NCBI GenBank assembly: GCA_038087875.1
Contig: CM075978.1
Span: 174,902,001 to 174,966,000 of the forward strand
Reading direction: 5' to 3'
Length of the DNA: 64,000 nt
DNA from: Malacoraja senta
Lineage: Eukaryota
Below are positions 23,901 through 36,400 of the stretch, in pieces. The notes under the pieces are model-generated. The model was not told where the DNA came from, did not search any database, and worked only from the letters and a program-made list of their open reading frames with translations. The stretch's first letter is position 1. Each line of letters opens with the position of its first letter. A program made the position numbers and the translations under genes.

Positions 23901-25499
23901 GACGCGCCTGCGAGTTGGGGGCTATGCGTCAGTGGAATAGGGCGGATATGGGGTAAAAGGAGCAAAATTAATAATATTAATATAATATCAAGGGGTGGTA
24001 GTTAGGCGGTGTGTGCGGGGGTGGTAGTTAGTGTGTGTGACGCCCACATGCCCCCCCCCCCCGCAACCGCACGTTGGGGGAACAACGTCTAGTAAATTAT
24101 ATTTTTGTTGCTTCGTGTCGAGAGTAATTGAATCTTCTAAAAAGAAATAGGCTATTTGGCCGATCTTATCCATACTGGTCAAGCAGCTCTCTGCACTTCA
24201 CCATCACCACCATCCTCTCCATTTTAAATCATCAACATTAGGCATTTCCTCAAGATGGTGGCATCTATCGTCCAGGCTCCCAACCATAAGGGACATGCGG
24301 TTTCACGCCTCTACCATCCTGCAGGAACCGCAGAAGCCTAAAACCCCACGCCGCCAGGTTCAGGAACAGGCACCTTCCAACAACCAAAAGGTTCTTGAAG
24401 TAGCCTGCTCAATCCTAATTCTACCTCAACAATAAAACACGATGGCACAACTATGAGCTTGTTTTTTTTAATTGTATTTTGCATTAATTTATTGTTTTCT
24501 GCCACGTTTCTTTATTCTTGCCATTGCCAAGCAGATGTTACGTATAACTTAAGAATAAGTATGTATAATTGTATGTTGGTGAGGCTGCATTTGGAGTATT
24601 GTGTTCGATTTTGTTTATCCTGCCATTAAGCTAGAAAGAGTGCAGAGAAACTTTACGAGAAAGTTGCTAGGAGTCGAGCGCCTCAGGTAGAGAGAGAGAG
24701 GAGCATTGCAGGAGACTGAGATGTTATCTTACAGAATGCATCAAATCAAAGAGGTGAAATTATAGGATAAGTCCACAGATACTATTTATATCCAAGGGGA
24801 GGAGATCAAGAGCTAGAGGACATAGGTTGAAGGTGAGAAGTGAGAAATTTGTAAGGAACCTGAGGGGCAACTTTGAGAAACTTGTTGAGGCAAGTACAAT
24901 CACTAGATTTAAACGACATTTGGAATATACTTGGTTAACAAAGTTTAATGAGATATGGGCCATAGGCTGCATCTTGACATGCGGAATCTGGACAGAATGG
25001 CATATTTCCATGATCTATGATTCCATGACTATGTAATGAGAACAGGTTAATAAACAGTTTTACGCTAGAGAAGATCGAGCATAACATAACAGAATTCTTC
25101 ATTAAGGTGGAGATTGGGGGAGTCGTTAATTTGAGATTAAGGTCCTGAATTTAATTAAAAAATAAGGTATAAACAATATTACTCAATGAGATGAGAATGG
25201 ATAGGTAATGATAAAATTAAACGAAAAACATGCATGTTACAATTGCTTTCTTCTGTCTGGACCCCCAAAAAACTGGTTCACCATGGAGTTCCATCCAATT
25301 TATGGATAACATTAGAACAAAAACAAAGAATGATAAGTACATGGTGGTCTCTTCAATTGCCAGTTGTGCAGCCAATCTATCAAATCTCCACGGATCAAAC
25401 GAGCCACGATCTTCTGGATCAGTTACCACGAGGAAACGTATTCAAAGCGTTACTGAGATCCATATATACAACATCCATCGTTTATCTTCCTCAGCTGAG

Positions 25500-25790
25500 A
25501 GTGAACCTGTGGAAGGCAACTCGCCCAAGACGGAGTTCCTAGCTGCGCCCTTACGACATGCGCGGATCAATTGGCAGAGGTATTCAAACATCTCTAACCT
25601 CGTTATTCTAATCTGAGGTCCTCACATGCTTCAGGAAGATGACTTTTGTCCCATTGGCAACGAACAGTCAGGTAGCATGCCTTAATGACTGCCGCCCACA
25701 GGCTCTGACATCCACCGTCCTGAGCGAGGCTTGTGATGATGCACATTAACACCAGCCTCCCAGTCAATTAGGCTGAGGTTTCTTGGGTTG
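25500..25790 (+). mobile_element. Highly degraded Rex1-like RT fragment
   Basis: One frame reads ALTTCADQLAEVF...ARLVMMHINTSLP with stops, matching LKTCADQLAGVF...ERLIMAQINS of the 60-kb element. Confidence 0.6.
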
Positions 25791-27881
25791 TCGCAAGTTC
25801 TCTGGTAGGTCGCCTGAATTGGGTAAAATGATCATTGTCAATGCCTCAACAGTTCCCTCTTTTGCTTCTCAAAACTAAGCTGGGATGGATCCCCCGTCAT
25901 TATATAAATAACCTCTAAAATATCCATATATCTCATAGATCTCGCTTTCCTCAATTGCATCAATTCGGTGACTACTGATGCGAAGTGCACGCTTGATACC
26001 CCAGGCAACTTTTCTAGCTCCAGGTGTAATTGTCTTCCTTTGTCCTTGAGTGGCCATAACTCAATCCCTGGTTGCCTTCTTGTTTTTACTATATGTATAT
26101 AATGCCTTGGGATTTTCTATAATCCTACTCGCTAAGGATATTTGATACCAGATTATCCAAGACCACTTTGTCTGCCTTACAGCGCCAGAGACCAGGAATC
26201 GATCCTGATTACGGGTGCTGTTTGTACGGAGTTTGCACGTTTTCCCTGTGACGCCCTGGGTTATCTCCGGGTGCTCTGCTTTCCTCCCGCATTGCAAGGA
26301 CTTGCACGTTTGTAGATTAATTGGCTTCTGTAAAATAAATGTCCCCAGTGTGTAGGATACACGTGTAATCGTTGGTCTGCGCGGATTCAGTGGGACCAAG
26401 GGCCTGTTTCCACGCTGTATCTCTAAACTAAATTAAAACCTAATTTCCTGTTGAACCTCATCCCTGTTTTCTTTATATTCCTCAAAGACATTTAATCGAA
26501 CGGGTGCTACTCTGCCCTTCCAGATTTGGATTGCTTATCGCGTATTCAGCTATTTAACTTTTCAATGGCTGTGTTGTCGTATTCCAGTGATTCCAGTGAT
26601 AATAAGTTCGTAAGTTCATAGGTTCTTGGAGCAGAATTAGGCCATTCGGACCATCAAGTCAACTTCGCCATTCAATCGTGGTCGATCTATCTTGCCCTCT
26701 CAACACCGTTCTCGTGCCTTCCCCACGTAACCCCTGACACCCTTACTAATAATCCGTCACTCACCGCTTTAAAACATCAATTGGCTTGACTTCCACAACA
26801 ATGAATTCCACAGATTCACCACCCCCTGACTGATGAAATGCCTCCTCATCTCATTTCTAAAGGTACCTCATTTTATTCTGAGGCTATGGTCTCTGGTCCT
26901 AGGCTCTATAAGTGGCAACAACCTCTCCATTTTACTCAAGCCTTTCACTATTTGGTAGGTTTCAATGGGATTCATAATGAAATATCACAGGATTAAAATG
27001 GGCTTACCTATGATCCTTTTGATCAAAATCGACCAAACGTTTACCAAAATGTAATACTTTAAACACTTAAAGCATAAAGGACATATGGGCCACTTTCTGA
27101 TTTTGAAGCTCCCTTTCAAAATGTCGGCACCTAACCCACCACGAGACCCGAAGTTTACGCCAGAGTCATTACAATCACGTTGTTTGAATTTAAAAAACCC
27201 GACGAATGCACCCCCCCCGTTATAGCGCAATATATAATATTCACGACGTTACTCAACGGGGGACGGGGGGACGGGGGGGGGAGACAACATACAGAATTAA
27301 ACATCGCTATATATATAAACGGCTACTCTGCTTTTAATTAACACATTTAACACGTGACCAAATTGACACTGCTACTCACGTCCTGTTGCAAAAACTTGGG
27401 GCATCAGAAAATCCTTATCGGGTGAAAAATGATTAAAAAATCATAAGCATAATCAGAATTTGACTTATTTAATTGCAAATTTAATGTAATCTTTCTGGTA
27501 TAAATTAGCCTTAGGGTTTGATGAAATCCTGCTTGAAAAATGTCACCAAAAAATGGCAAGAACACAGGGACATATCAGATATTTTTCTTTGTAAAAACAG
27601 GTTTATTTATTTTTGCTTCATCTCATTATTTTGGTTATACTCCATGATTTATACTACTTAAAATACAGGGCATGAAACAATGGGAAAATTACATTAATAA
27701 AATCAAGGACATAATCTGGAAGTTTGGAACATAATCTGGAGGTTTCACTACTGAGTGCTGTATTTACGGTAACGCCTATATCAGTTCCTCTCTATTCCGC
27801 TAGTAGCGAGGAAGTCTACAATATAGCCCACATAGTCTACAAAGACATCCACAGAGCAGTAATAAAATATGGCTGGAAAAC

Positions 27882-30800
27882 TGTAGATGAGATATGCATG
27901 TGCCTTTAACATAGTGACCTCACACCCACTAACCACTCCCCATATCACAAGTATAACTACAACCTCCACACCCACAGATCGCTCTCTAGTTCCTGTGACA
28001 GACCACGTACAGCTAGTGCAATGTATAATGATCCAGTATGAATAAAGATAGTAAAGTAACGATGCCTGGTTATCAATCCTTTACATGGTGTCAAATAACT
28101 TACCTTGCGCCTCCCGTTTATCGGTTTATCATTTAATTTTGACCCAGTTTTTTGTTTCCCCCCCTAACTGTTTTGTTATGGCCTCTTCTGCCCGTAAGCC
28201 CGATGCGCTCGTTTTCGATTTCGACATCGCCCTTCGATGGGACATATTCAAACGCGACTTTGAACACTATTTCACGATTGCCCATCCTGGCGCCACCCCC
28301 GCTCTCAAAGCCTCACTGCTTCTCAACTTGGCTGGTCCCAACGCCTTGACTCGCTCTGACTTCTTCGTCTACGCTCCTGGAGAATCAGCTCGGGACCCGG
28401 CATGTCTGTTGGCTAAGTTTGACGCTATTTGTGACATTCCGACTAATTGCATTTTAGAACGTTTTAAACTGTTCGCGCGGCGTCAGCTCCCTGGGGAATC
28501 TGCTGAGAACTATGTCATTGCGCTGCGGGACCTGGGCAGGCACTGCCGCCTCGAGACGTGGACACCCGACAATGTCATCAGGGACCTACTGGTTTACGGT
28601 CTCCGTGATGAGAAGCTCAGGTCCGAACTACTTCGCAAGCCGGATCTGACCTTGGCCGATGCAATGCACGCTACTCGCTTAGCCGACGCTGTTTCCGCGG
28701 CGGCGCCGCCGGCTGAACAGGCGATCAACTTTGCCAGCACTCCTAGCTATCTCATGAACGCACCCCAGTCGCGACCCCCGGTGTCGCTCGCTGCTCGAGG
28801 GGGACGCGCCCCGGGGTTCGGTGGTGCCACAAGGGGAGGCACCCAGCAAAGGTGCCCTAATTGCAACTTCACAACTCATCAGTTCAATGTGTGCCCTGCG
28901 CTGGGAAAGAACTGCAATTCCTGTAATAAGTTGAACCATTTTGCTGCAGCTTGTCGTTCCCGTGGGAAGCCTGTCGCTGCTCGAAGGCAAAATTTAAACA
29001 ACCTTCTACAGTCGGATAATGATCTCAGCTCCCAGCACTATTCCGATGAACATTCTGTTCCTACATCTAACTCCTCTCAGGGGGAAACCAGCTTGTTTAC
29101 CGTGGTGGACGCACCTGCTATGATAACGGATCCTTCTGTGCAAGTCACTGTGAACAACTCGACCTTCACGGCCAAAATCGACACTGTGGCGGTTACCAAT
29201 GTTATGTCAACATCTCTTTTCAACCAGATAAGGACTAATGAGAAGATATTTTCTCAGAGCTCAAACCTGCATGCCTACGGTGGGGAGATCCTTACTCCTG
29301 TGGGCAAGGCCACACTACACTGTAAGATACTGAAGGCCACTCGGCCCCTCACCTTCTTTCTCCTCAATCGACGTTGCATTCCCCTGCTGGGGATCCAGGC
29401 ATGCCAGGAAATGGGACTGGTGTCCTTCCACCGGGACATCCACCACGTGCAGGCTCTTATGGACCCGCTGGCCGAGTATCCCGACCGCTTTGATGATAAG
29501 CTAGGCAAACTACCCTGCAGCTACAAGATTGAAGTGGACCATAAGATCATTCCTGTGGTCCATGCTCCTCACCGTATTTCCTTCGCCATGAGGGACAAAG
29601 TGGAGGCGACCCTACACAGTATGGTACAAATGGGCGTCCTAAAGGCGGTCGTCGAGCCCACCAGCTGGGTCTCTTCCATGGTTGTTGCTGCTAAAAAGGA
29701 CATGAGTGAGATACGCATCTGCATCAACCCCAGAGACCTCAACCTGGCCATTCGGCGCCCTCACTACCCTATGAGAACGGTGGAAGACGTCGCTGCACGG
29801 GTTGGTCCAGCAACGGTCTTTTCGGTCCTCGATGCCAAGAGTTCATTCTGGCAGATACCACTGGACGAGCGGTCGTCCATTTTGACAACCTTCGCCACCC
29901 CCTACGGAAGGTTTCGGTTCCTCCGAATGCCCTTCGGAATCAACTCTGCCAGTGAGGTATTCCAGCGAATCATGGAACAGTTGTTTTCAGATCTGCCTTG
30001 CGCCATAATTGTTGACGACATCCTCGTTTACGGTAAGGATGTTGCCGAACACGATGTCAACCTCCGCCTGATCCTGGACCGGGCCAGGCAAATCAACTTG
30101 AAACTGAACCCCAAGAAGTGCCGATTCCGCGTCTCGGAGGTCACCTATGTTGGACACGTATTCACCGCTGAGGGGCTAAAGCCAGACCCGCAGAAAACGA
30201 CTGCCATCTCAGGGATGCCTCCTCCTACTAACGTGGCAGGCCTGCAACGCTTCCTCGGCTTGGTAAACTACCTGGGGAAGTTCATCCCCGACCTAAGCGA
30301 GCTCAGCGCTCCCCTGAGGGATCTGATCAAAAAGGACACTTCCTGGCTTTGGTTACCCAATCATCAGAAGGCATTTGACATTCCCAAGTCTAAACTGATC
30401 AGCACACCCACGCTCAAGTTCTTTGACCTGCGGCATCCCATTGTCCTCACCTGCGACGCCTCTCAATTCGGACTTGGTGCAGCCTGCCTCCAGGTCCATG
30501 ACGGCCTGCAGCTGCCTGTCTCATTCGCGTCCCGCACCATGACCGCCACCGAACAGCACTACGCGCAGATTGAGAAGGAGCTACTGGCCGTGGTGTTTGC
30601 CTGCTCCAAATTCCGGGACTACATCGTGGGCAACACTTTCACCGTTGAAACTGACCATCAACCACTTGTTACCATCCTCAACAAACCGATCCATGTGGCC
30701 TCATCACGTCTGCAGCGCATGCTGCTGCAGCTCCAGCGTTTCACGTTCACGGTGGTTTATCGTAAGGGGAAGGACATGTTCGTAGCCGACACGTTGTCTC

Positions 30801-32613
30801 GCGCCCCGCTGACGTCCACTGCTCGCCACCAATACGAAATGTCCGAGTTACTAGTAGTACGATTGAACTTCGTCCCCTCGCCACAGATGAAGTCCCTGGT
30901 TGAACACACTACCAACGACCCTGCCCTGCAACAGCTGTCTGCCGTCATCCGGCAGGGCTGGCCTAACCGTCGCTCGGCACTGCCGGCTGGAGCCGTGCCC
31001 TACTTCCTGATTCGAGATGAGCTCGTATTGCACGACGGCGTGGTGGTGAAGGGTCACAAAGTGGTCGTGCCCTCGGCGCTGCATGACCACTATTTTCAGG
31101 TCGCACACCGCGGTCACACTGGGGCCGAAGCCACTTTGTCTCTCGCCAAGGCACAGTTCTATTGGCCGGATATGGCAAAGTACATCCGGGAGAGGGTCTC
31201 ATCGTGTTCCACCTGCAACAGCCGCGCCCCCCATCAGCAGCGTCAGCCGCTTCTACAGCAGCCCGCGCCCGGACTGCCCTGGATGGCGCTCGCCACAGAC
31301 ATTTTCGAGTGGCGGGGCAAACATTTCCTGGTACTCGTCGACTCCTACTCCAGCTGGTTTGTGGTTGACCGGGTGCCTTCCGTGACCTCTTCGGCCGTCA
31401 TCGACAGGTTGGACCCTCACTTTAGCACTTTTGGCCCCCCGGCAAGCTTGCAGTCGGACAATGGCAGCCAGTTCACGAGCTCCGAGTTTAAAGCGTTCGC
31501 TTCCAGATGGAACTTTCGCCATTTCACAAGCAGCCCGGAGTACCCGCAAAGCAACGGTTTGGCCGAGCGCGCGGTCCGCAGTGCTAAGCACCTGTTGGAA
31601 CAGTGTGGTGGCATTAACTCCGACTTCCACCTGGCCCTCTTCAGCCTTCGGAACATTTCTCGCGACCCTGCCATGGGTTCACCTGCTCAGCGGCTCCTGT
31701 CTCGCGCTACCAGGCTCCCACTCCCGGTGGCCCAGCGATCCCTCATACCCTCGGTCCTTCCACCTGCGGCGGTTCAGAAACGAATTGCCTTCAGGCAAGA
31801 CGTCCAAAAGCGGTCCCATGACAGGTCCTGCCACCCGCTGCCGCCCCTCTTCCCCGGTCAAGTAGTCCGTATGCAGACCACTCCCGGTCACTCCAAGCTC
31901 GCTACTGTCGTCGGCTCTGCGGGGTCGCCCAGGTCCTATTTCGTCGACTACGCTGGGACCATTTACCGACGGTCCCGCCAGCACCTTCGGCTCGTCCACG
32001 AGCCGCGTCCTCCTGCCGCCGATCCCTTTGCTCCCCCGCTGCCTGTTTCGCGTCCGGCCGTTGCCCTGCCCGTGATTCCCTACATGCCTCGCGCTGCTCC
32101 TCCTTCGCCCCCTCCGCTCCAACACACTCCGACTAGCCCTCGCACGCCCCCCCGCGCTCTTCCCGGTCCCGGCCCCGCATCCCCTCCGGTTTCGGTGCCG
32201 CGATCTCTTCCGTTTCCTCCCGTTTCTCCCTTTCAGGTTCGTCTGTCCCCGCTGGTGCCTCTTCCTCCTCCAGGAAGGGTGGATGGCGAGACGCGAACCC
32301 GGGCGGGACGTCTGGTCAAACCGCCTGACCGCTATGGCGATGTTGCCTAGCTATCCTAGCGCATGAGCCGTGGTCGCCATGTCACCTTTGTATTTGCCTG
32401 TCGTTTCGGGGAGGAAGGATGTAGATGAGATATGCATGTGCCTTTAACATAGTGACCTGACACCCACTAACCACTCCCCATATCACAAGTATAACTACAA
32501 CCTCCACAGCTCTCTAGTTCCTGTGACAGACCACGTACAGCTAGTGCAATGTATAATGATCCAGTATGAATAAAGATAGTAAAGTAACGATGCCTGGTTA
32601 TCAATCCTTTACA
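27882..32613 (+). mobile_element. Full-length Gypsy (Mag-like) LTR retrotransposon, young
   Basis: LTRs 27882-28085 and 32420-32613 (TG...CA) differ by one substitution and a 10-bp indel. 5-bp TSD AAAAC, PBS-like TGGTGTCA, PPT GGGGAGGAAGGA, and a single gag-pol ORF. Confidence 0.97.
28178..32350 (+). CDS. Gypsy gag-pol polyprotein (Gag with Cys/His knuckles, protease, RT, RNase H, integrase)
   Basis: The supplied ORF 28085-32350 is open; the likely start is MASSARKP at 28178. Motifs: CxxCxxxxHxxxxC, KIDTVA, IVDDIL, CDAS/EKEL/TDH/ADTLSR, HRGH...CSTC, D-D-E (ATDIF, SDNG, LAER), and C-terminal TRAGRLVKPP. Confidence 0.95.
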   Translation: MASSARKPDALVFDFDIALRWDIFKRDFEHYFTIAHPGATPALKASLLLNLAGPNALTRSDFFVYAPGESARDPACLLAKFDAICDIPTNCILERFKLFARRQLPGESAENYVIALRDLGRHCRLETWTPDNVIRDLLVYGLRDEKLRSELLRKPDLTLADAMHATRLADAVSAAAPPAEQAINFASTPSYLMNAPQSRPPVSLAARGGRAPGFGGATRGGTQQRCPNCNFTTHQFNVCPALGKNCNSCNKLNHFAAACRSRGKPVAARRQNLNNLLQSDNDLSSQHYSDEHSVPTSNSSQGETSLFTVVDAPAMITDPSVQVTVNNSTFTAKIDTVAVTNVMSTSLFNQIRTNEKIFSQSSNLHAYGGEILTPVGKATLHCKILKATRPLTFFLLNRRCIPLLGIQACQEMGLVSFHRDIHHVQALMDPLAEYPDRFDDKLGKLPCSYKIEVDHKIIPVVHAPHRISFAMRDKVEATLHSMVQMGVLKAVVEPTSWVSSMVVAAKKDMSEIRICINPRDLNLAIRRPHYPMRTVEDVAARVGPATVFSVLDAKSSFWQIPLDERSSILTTFATPYGRFRFLRMPFGINSASEVFQRIMEQLFSDLPCAIIVDDILVYGKDVAEHDVNLRLILDRARQINLKLNPKKCRFRVSEVTYVGHVFTAEGLKPDPQKTTAISGMPPPTNVAGLQRFLGLVNYLGKFIPDLSELSAPLRDLIKKDTSWLWLPNHQKAFDIPKSKLISTPTLKFFDLRHPIVLTCDASQFGLGAACLQVHDGLQLPVSFASRTMTATEQHYAQIEKELLAVVFACSKFRDYIVGNTFTVETDHQPLVTILNKPIHVASSRLQRMLLQLQRFTFTVVYRKGKDMFVADTLSRAPLTSTARHQYEMSELLVVRLNFVPSPQMKSLVEHTTNDPALQQLSAVIRQGWPNRRSALPAGAVPYFLIRDELVLHDGVVVKGHKVVVPSALHDHYFQVAHRGHTGAEATLSLAKAQFYWPDMAKYIRERVSSCSTCNSRAPHQQRQPLLQQPAPGLPWMALATDIFEWRGKHFLVLVDSYSSWFVVDRVPSVTSSAVIDRLDPHFSTFGPPASLQSDNGSQFTSSEFKAFASRWNFRHFTSSPEYPQSNGLAERAVRSAKHLLEQCGGINSDFHLALFSLRNISRDPAMGSPAQRLLSRATRLPLPVAQRSLIPSVLPPAAVQKRIAFRQDVQKRSHDRSCHPLPPLFPGQVVRMQTTPGHSKLATVVGSAGSPRSYFVDYAGTIYRRSRQHLRLVHEPRPPAADPFAPPLPVSRPAVALPVIPYMPRAAPPSPPPLQHTPTSPRTPPRALPGPGPASPPVSVPRSLPFPPVSPFQVRLSPLVPLPPPGRVDGETRTRAGRLVKPPDRYGDVA

Positions 32614-34548
32614 AAAACGTAGCAAAGTTGGGGATTATGAGAACTTTAGGCTCTAGCTACGAGGTTAAGGGTAGTTAGAAGGGTAGATGTAGAATATAAG
32701 ATGAAGCTTACGGATATTTAACCACTGACTGCAAAAGCTTCTATGTATAAGTGTCTGTATGTGAGTGTGTGCGTGTGTGTGAAGAGGGAAGATAGATGAT
32801 GGAAATCTTAAGTACCTACAGTCAGGAACGGTATCATTTATACAGAATTTGAATTATAAATTAATAAAACAAAGAAATAGCAGGACAATTAAATATGCCA
32901 TTTCATTAGCTTGAATGGGGGATTTAAAATGGCCTTGGATCTCTGTGAGAAACACCTTGTCGAGTCGAGGGGAGGAACTAAGTGAAACCAATACTAGTGG
33001 ATAAACGATGTCTGTAGAATGAAGGTGACTGGCACCAATAAATCTCGAGGACCCAAAAGGCTCCACCAAAGTAAAACTTAACAAAATAGCTTTGGAAGTA
33101 ATTGAGCAAGGGGAGTTAAAAATAGAATGGGGGGAAAGCGACCGCTCAAAGCAAACGTCAATTTGTGAAACGGCGATCATGCTTGACAAGTCTATCGTAT
33201 TTTTGAGGAATTAACAAGCAGAATATGTGCGGGTGAGTCCGTCGTTTTAGTGTATTTATACGCCCTGAAGCATTTCAGTAAAATCTTACCGAACAGACTA
33301 GAACAAATTAAAGGTTAGCATGTTGAGAGCAATCAGCAATTAGTTGGCCAACAGAAAAGAAAGAGTGGAAATAAACAGGTATTTTCCCCCCTAGTAGCAG
33401 GCATTGACATTGCTGGGATTTCAGCTAGTCACGATATATATTGATAATTAGATCATGGAATTAAATTTATTGTATAGCTGTTTATCGACAGCATCAAACT
33501 GCGTGAGAGGATGAGCACTCTGGTGGATGCTGAGGAGCTTCGTTTTGAGAGAAAGGACAGACTCACGGCGGATGGAGTGCAATCTTAATAAATGCGAGGG
33601 TTTCAACTTCGGTGATAATGACAAGAAGGACGATCATTGTCTGAATCCCGATAGATTATGAAACGCAGCAAAGCAACGAAGGAGGCAAATTATAGAATGT
33701 TCTTCATATCATGAGGATTCCACGATAGAAGAAGCATTGTATCAATGCAGTTGTATAGACATCGTTGATTGCTCTCCTTGAGAGTTGAGTGTATTTTTGT
33801 ATATTTGACTGTGAACAGATCTTCATGTGATGGTGTGAGTCAGTGAGATTTCAACAGGCTGGTAGACTGCGTCAAGACTGACGTATGCATTGGATTCAAT
33901 TGGGGTACTTAGTTTAAAATATGGAAGCCTAAGAAGGTAGCCCACAGAATGCTTAAATATCCACGGTCTAGGAAAGATATGATGGAGTAAGTTTGCTCCC
34001 GATTGATGGGAAAATCAGTACCAGGGATCATTATCAAAAAATAAGGGAAAATCCACTTCAGACTGTGATGAGGACCGCGTTCTTCTCTAGGAGATGAGAA
34101 AAATCTACATATTTCTCTATATCATAAATCACTCGAATCCAAATGATTAAATACATTAACAATGGAGTACATATTGTTATAACATGATAGAGACCTACAG
34201 CAGTAAACACATATCTGGGATCAAGGGACATTGGGAGAAAACAGGAGCAGGACATTGAATTTGCAAGTTGATCCATGATCATAGTGAACGACCAACCAGG
34301 TTCGAAGGATCATATGGCCTATCCCTTCTCTAAATTCTTCGTTCCTATCTCAGTGCTTCCATAAATATCATCAGGTACATAATTGAGCCTACAACAGTTA
34401 TGTTTGCCGAGGACATTTAATTTGTTCTAATTTCTCCACGCAATTTGACTTGCAGTAACATTTGAAAGCCAAACGAAGGTAATAATTGGGAGAAAGTCCG
34501 AGTGTCGTTCGAATGTATCTGCAGTATTACACGTGTCTATTAATTAAT

Positions 34549-34613
34549 TCATTCATTCATTCGTCTTGCCTTCGTTTTCTGATCGGCACTTTCTTTCGAT
34601 GTTCTGCACGTCC
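34549..34613 (-). CDS. Gene B candidate terminal exon GTCRTSKESADQKTKARRMNE-stop
   Basis: Strong pyrimidine tract ttttttctctctaaattacctccctatag|; in phase 1 it gives a short, charged, tyrosine-free tail. Other short-tail acceptors exist near 34779. Confidence 0.5.
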
Positions 34614-35282
34614 CTATAGGGAGGTAATTTAGAGAGAAAAAAATCACTCTTGGCCTAGACAAAGCGTAGTAGCCAGTACATCTAGCAGCATATAAAACGT
34701 TATATTTTTTCTGATTACTTTTGTGTATTGTATACATGTATGCAGTGAAACTAATATCACGATAACAATAGTTAAAAATCTATGGAAGATGAGTCCTCTT
34801 CAAGTTGTCGAATCGAAGCAGAATCAATTGCAAAATGAGTTTTTGCATCACCGACCCATTTTCTCAGACTCCACCCCTTATTCCACAACCTGGCCCACAA
34901 CACCAAGCATCAATCCTTCATGTACAAATCGGTGACTAGCTCAAAGGTTAGCTTCCGAGAAACCATGCACCTAATGAGATGCGGCGGGTGTATTTATAGA
35001 TCAGCTAACCGCGCTGTGTCCGATCCAATAAAACTCTCAAACATTATTTTCTCCAGTATATCTGGTTCCCCCCCCAGAGATTTACAGGTTTGTAGGTTAA
35101 TTGGCTTGATATAATTATAAATTGTCGTTAGTGTGTGTAGGTTGTGGGGATCGCTGTTCGGCGCCGACTTGGTGAGCCGAAGAGCTTGTTTCCGCGTATC
35201 TCTAAACTAAACTAAAATATTGCTGAATTCCGATTGGTTAATTTTACAACAATCTAGAGATCAAATAGCTTCGGAGTCTTAC

Positions 35283-35375
35283 CTTTATACATCACAATGA
35301 AAATAACGATTATGATAGGTATCAATCCTGCTCTTATGTAACCAAAAAGCGTGTTATGAAGTGGATTAACAAAAA
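35283..35375 (-). CDS. Gene B transmembrane exon VFVNPLHNTLFGYIRAGLIPIIIVIFIVMYK
   Basis: Acceptor ttgtttacag|, donor AAG|GTAAGA, 93 nt phase 1-1, RAG motif. Confidence 0.85.
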
Positions 35376-36189
35376 CTGTAAACAATAAAAAAGATAGTGG
35401 TCAATTTTAACATATGTACAGTATTATATAATAGGACTGGCAATCAGTTCAACAGCGTCATTCTGTCTCATAAAAAAAAATATCGATTTGACTTTTCGAC
35501 GCGAAATAAACAGATATGAACATTGCCCATGAGCGCAGTTGCTGTTTCCATTTCTGTCCAATCCCAGTTGTGTGCATATGACTCATACAATGAAAGCATC
35601 ATTAAGGTGCAGAAACCCCCCAAATATTTGGCTACAACCAATACTAATCATTTCGAAGTGTGTCTGTAGCCATGTTGCAGAGCGTAACATGTAGTGATGT
35701 ATAGCTGTGTCGGTACAACAGGCCATCTTGTGGAATATCCAGAAATGGGAAATTATAAAAACACTTATTTACTCTTCATCATGTGATTATACAGTGAGGC
35801 TGGACAATATTCCACGCCGTCATTACGTTTATGACGGCTCTGATGTGCCCAAAGCTGAGTTCCAGACGATGCAATATTCGTAGAATATTGGGAATGTAAT
35901 TATGGAAATTGAATTTTGCTGTGAATTACGATCCCAAATCGGCAGGAATCTTTTAAATTAAATTCAAGAGAGTGGGTGGATAATCCAAGGTAGATTTCGC
36001 TCGCTGTGACTGAGCAGTTACAAATGAGGTATCGTACAACACAGAAATACACATTCCTATATTTTGTTTATTTTTTAATCCAGGGTGCCGATAGAAAATC
36101 GGTCTTTTGGACCCTTCATTATATAGATGTGCATGACTTAGTAGTTCACTTCCAAAGGTGGATTGATGTTCTCTGTGTTCAGGGTGGCA

Positions 36190-36400
36190 CGGTGACCATC
36201 TGCTTCAGAGGGCGGTGGAGGCCGGTTCTTTGGATACTTTCAAGAGAGATCTAGATAGGGCTCTTAAAGATAGCGGAGTCAGGGGATGTGGGGAGAAGGC
36301 AAGAACGGGGTACTGATTGGGGATGATCAGCCATAATCACATTGAATGGCGGTGCTGGCTCGAAGGGCCGAATGGCCTACTCCTGCACCTATTGTCTATT
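36190..36400 (+). mobile_element. Short CR1 3' end, (CTATTGT)n tail
   Basis: GAAGGGCCGAATGGCCTACTCCTGCACCTATTGTCTATTG. Confidence 0.8.

Noticed and set aside
22977-24005. Long Pro/Ser/Leu-rich and Gly/Glu/Arg-rich ORFs (up to 342 aa)
   Set aside because: Artefacts of the stop-free C/T low-complexity tract.
30000-30025. RT motif IVDD as an inactivating loss of YxDD
   Set aside because: The second Gypsy element also has IIVDDIL, so it is a family trait.
30570-32125. Overlapping and antisense ORFs within the Gypsy pol region
   Set aside because: Expected by-products of GC-rich coding sequence; no motifs.
34730-34800. Second TM-like hydrophobic stretch on the minus strand (RGLIF...TIVIVILV)
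   Set aside because: Preceded by an in-frame stop and lacks a phase-compatible acceptor.
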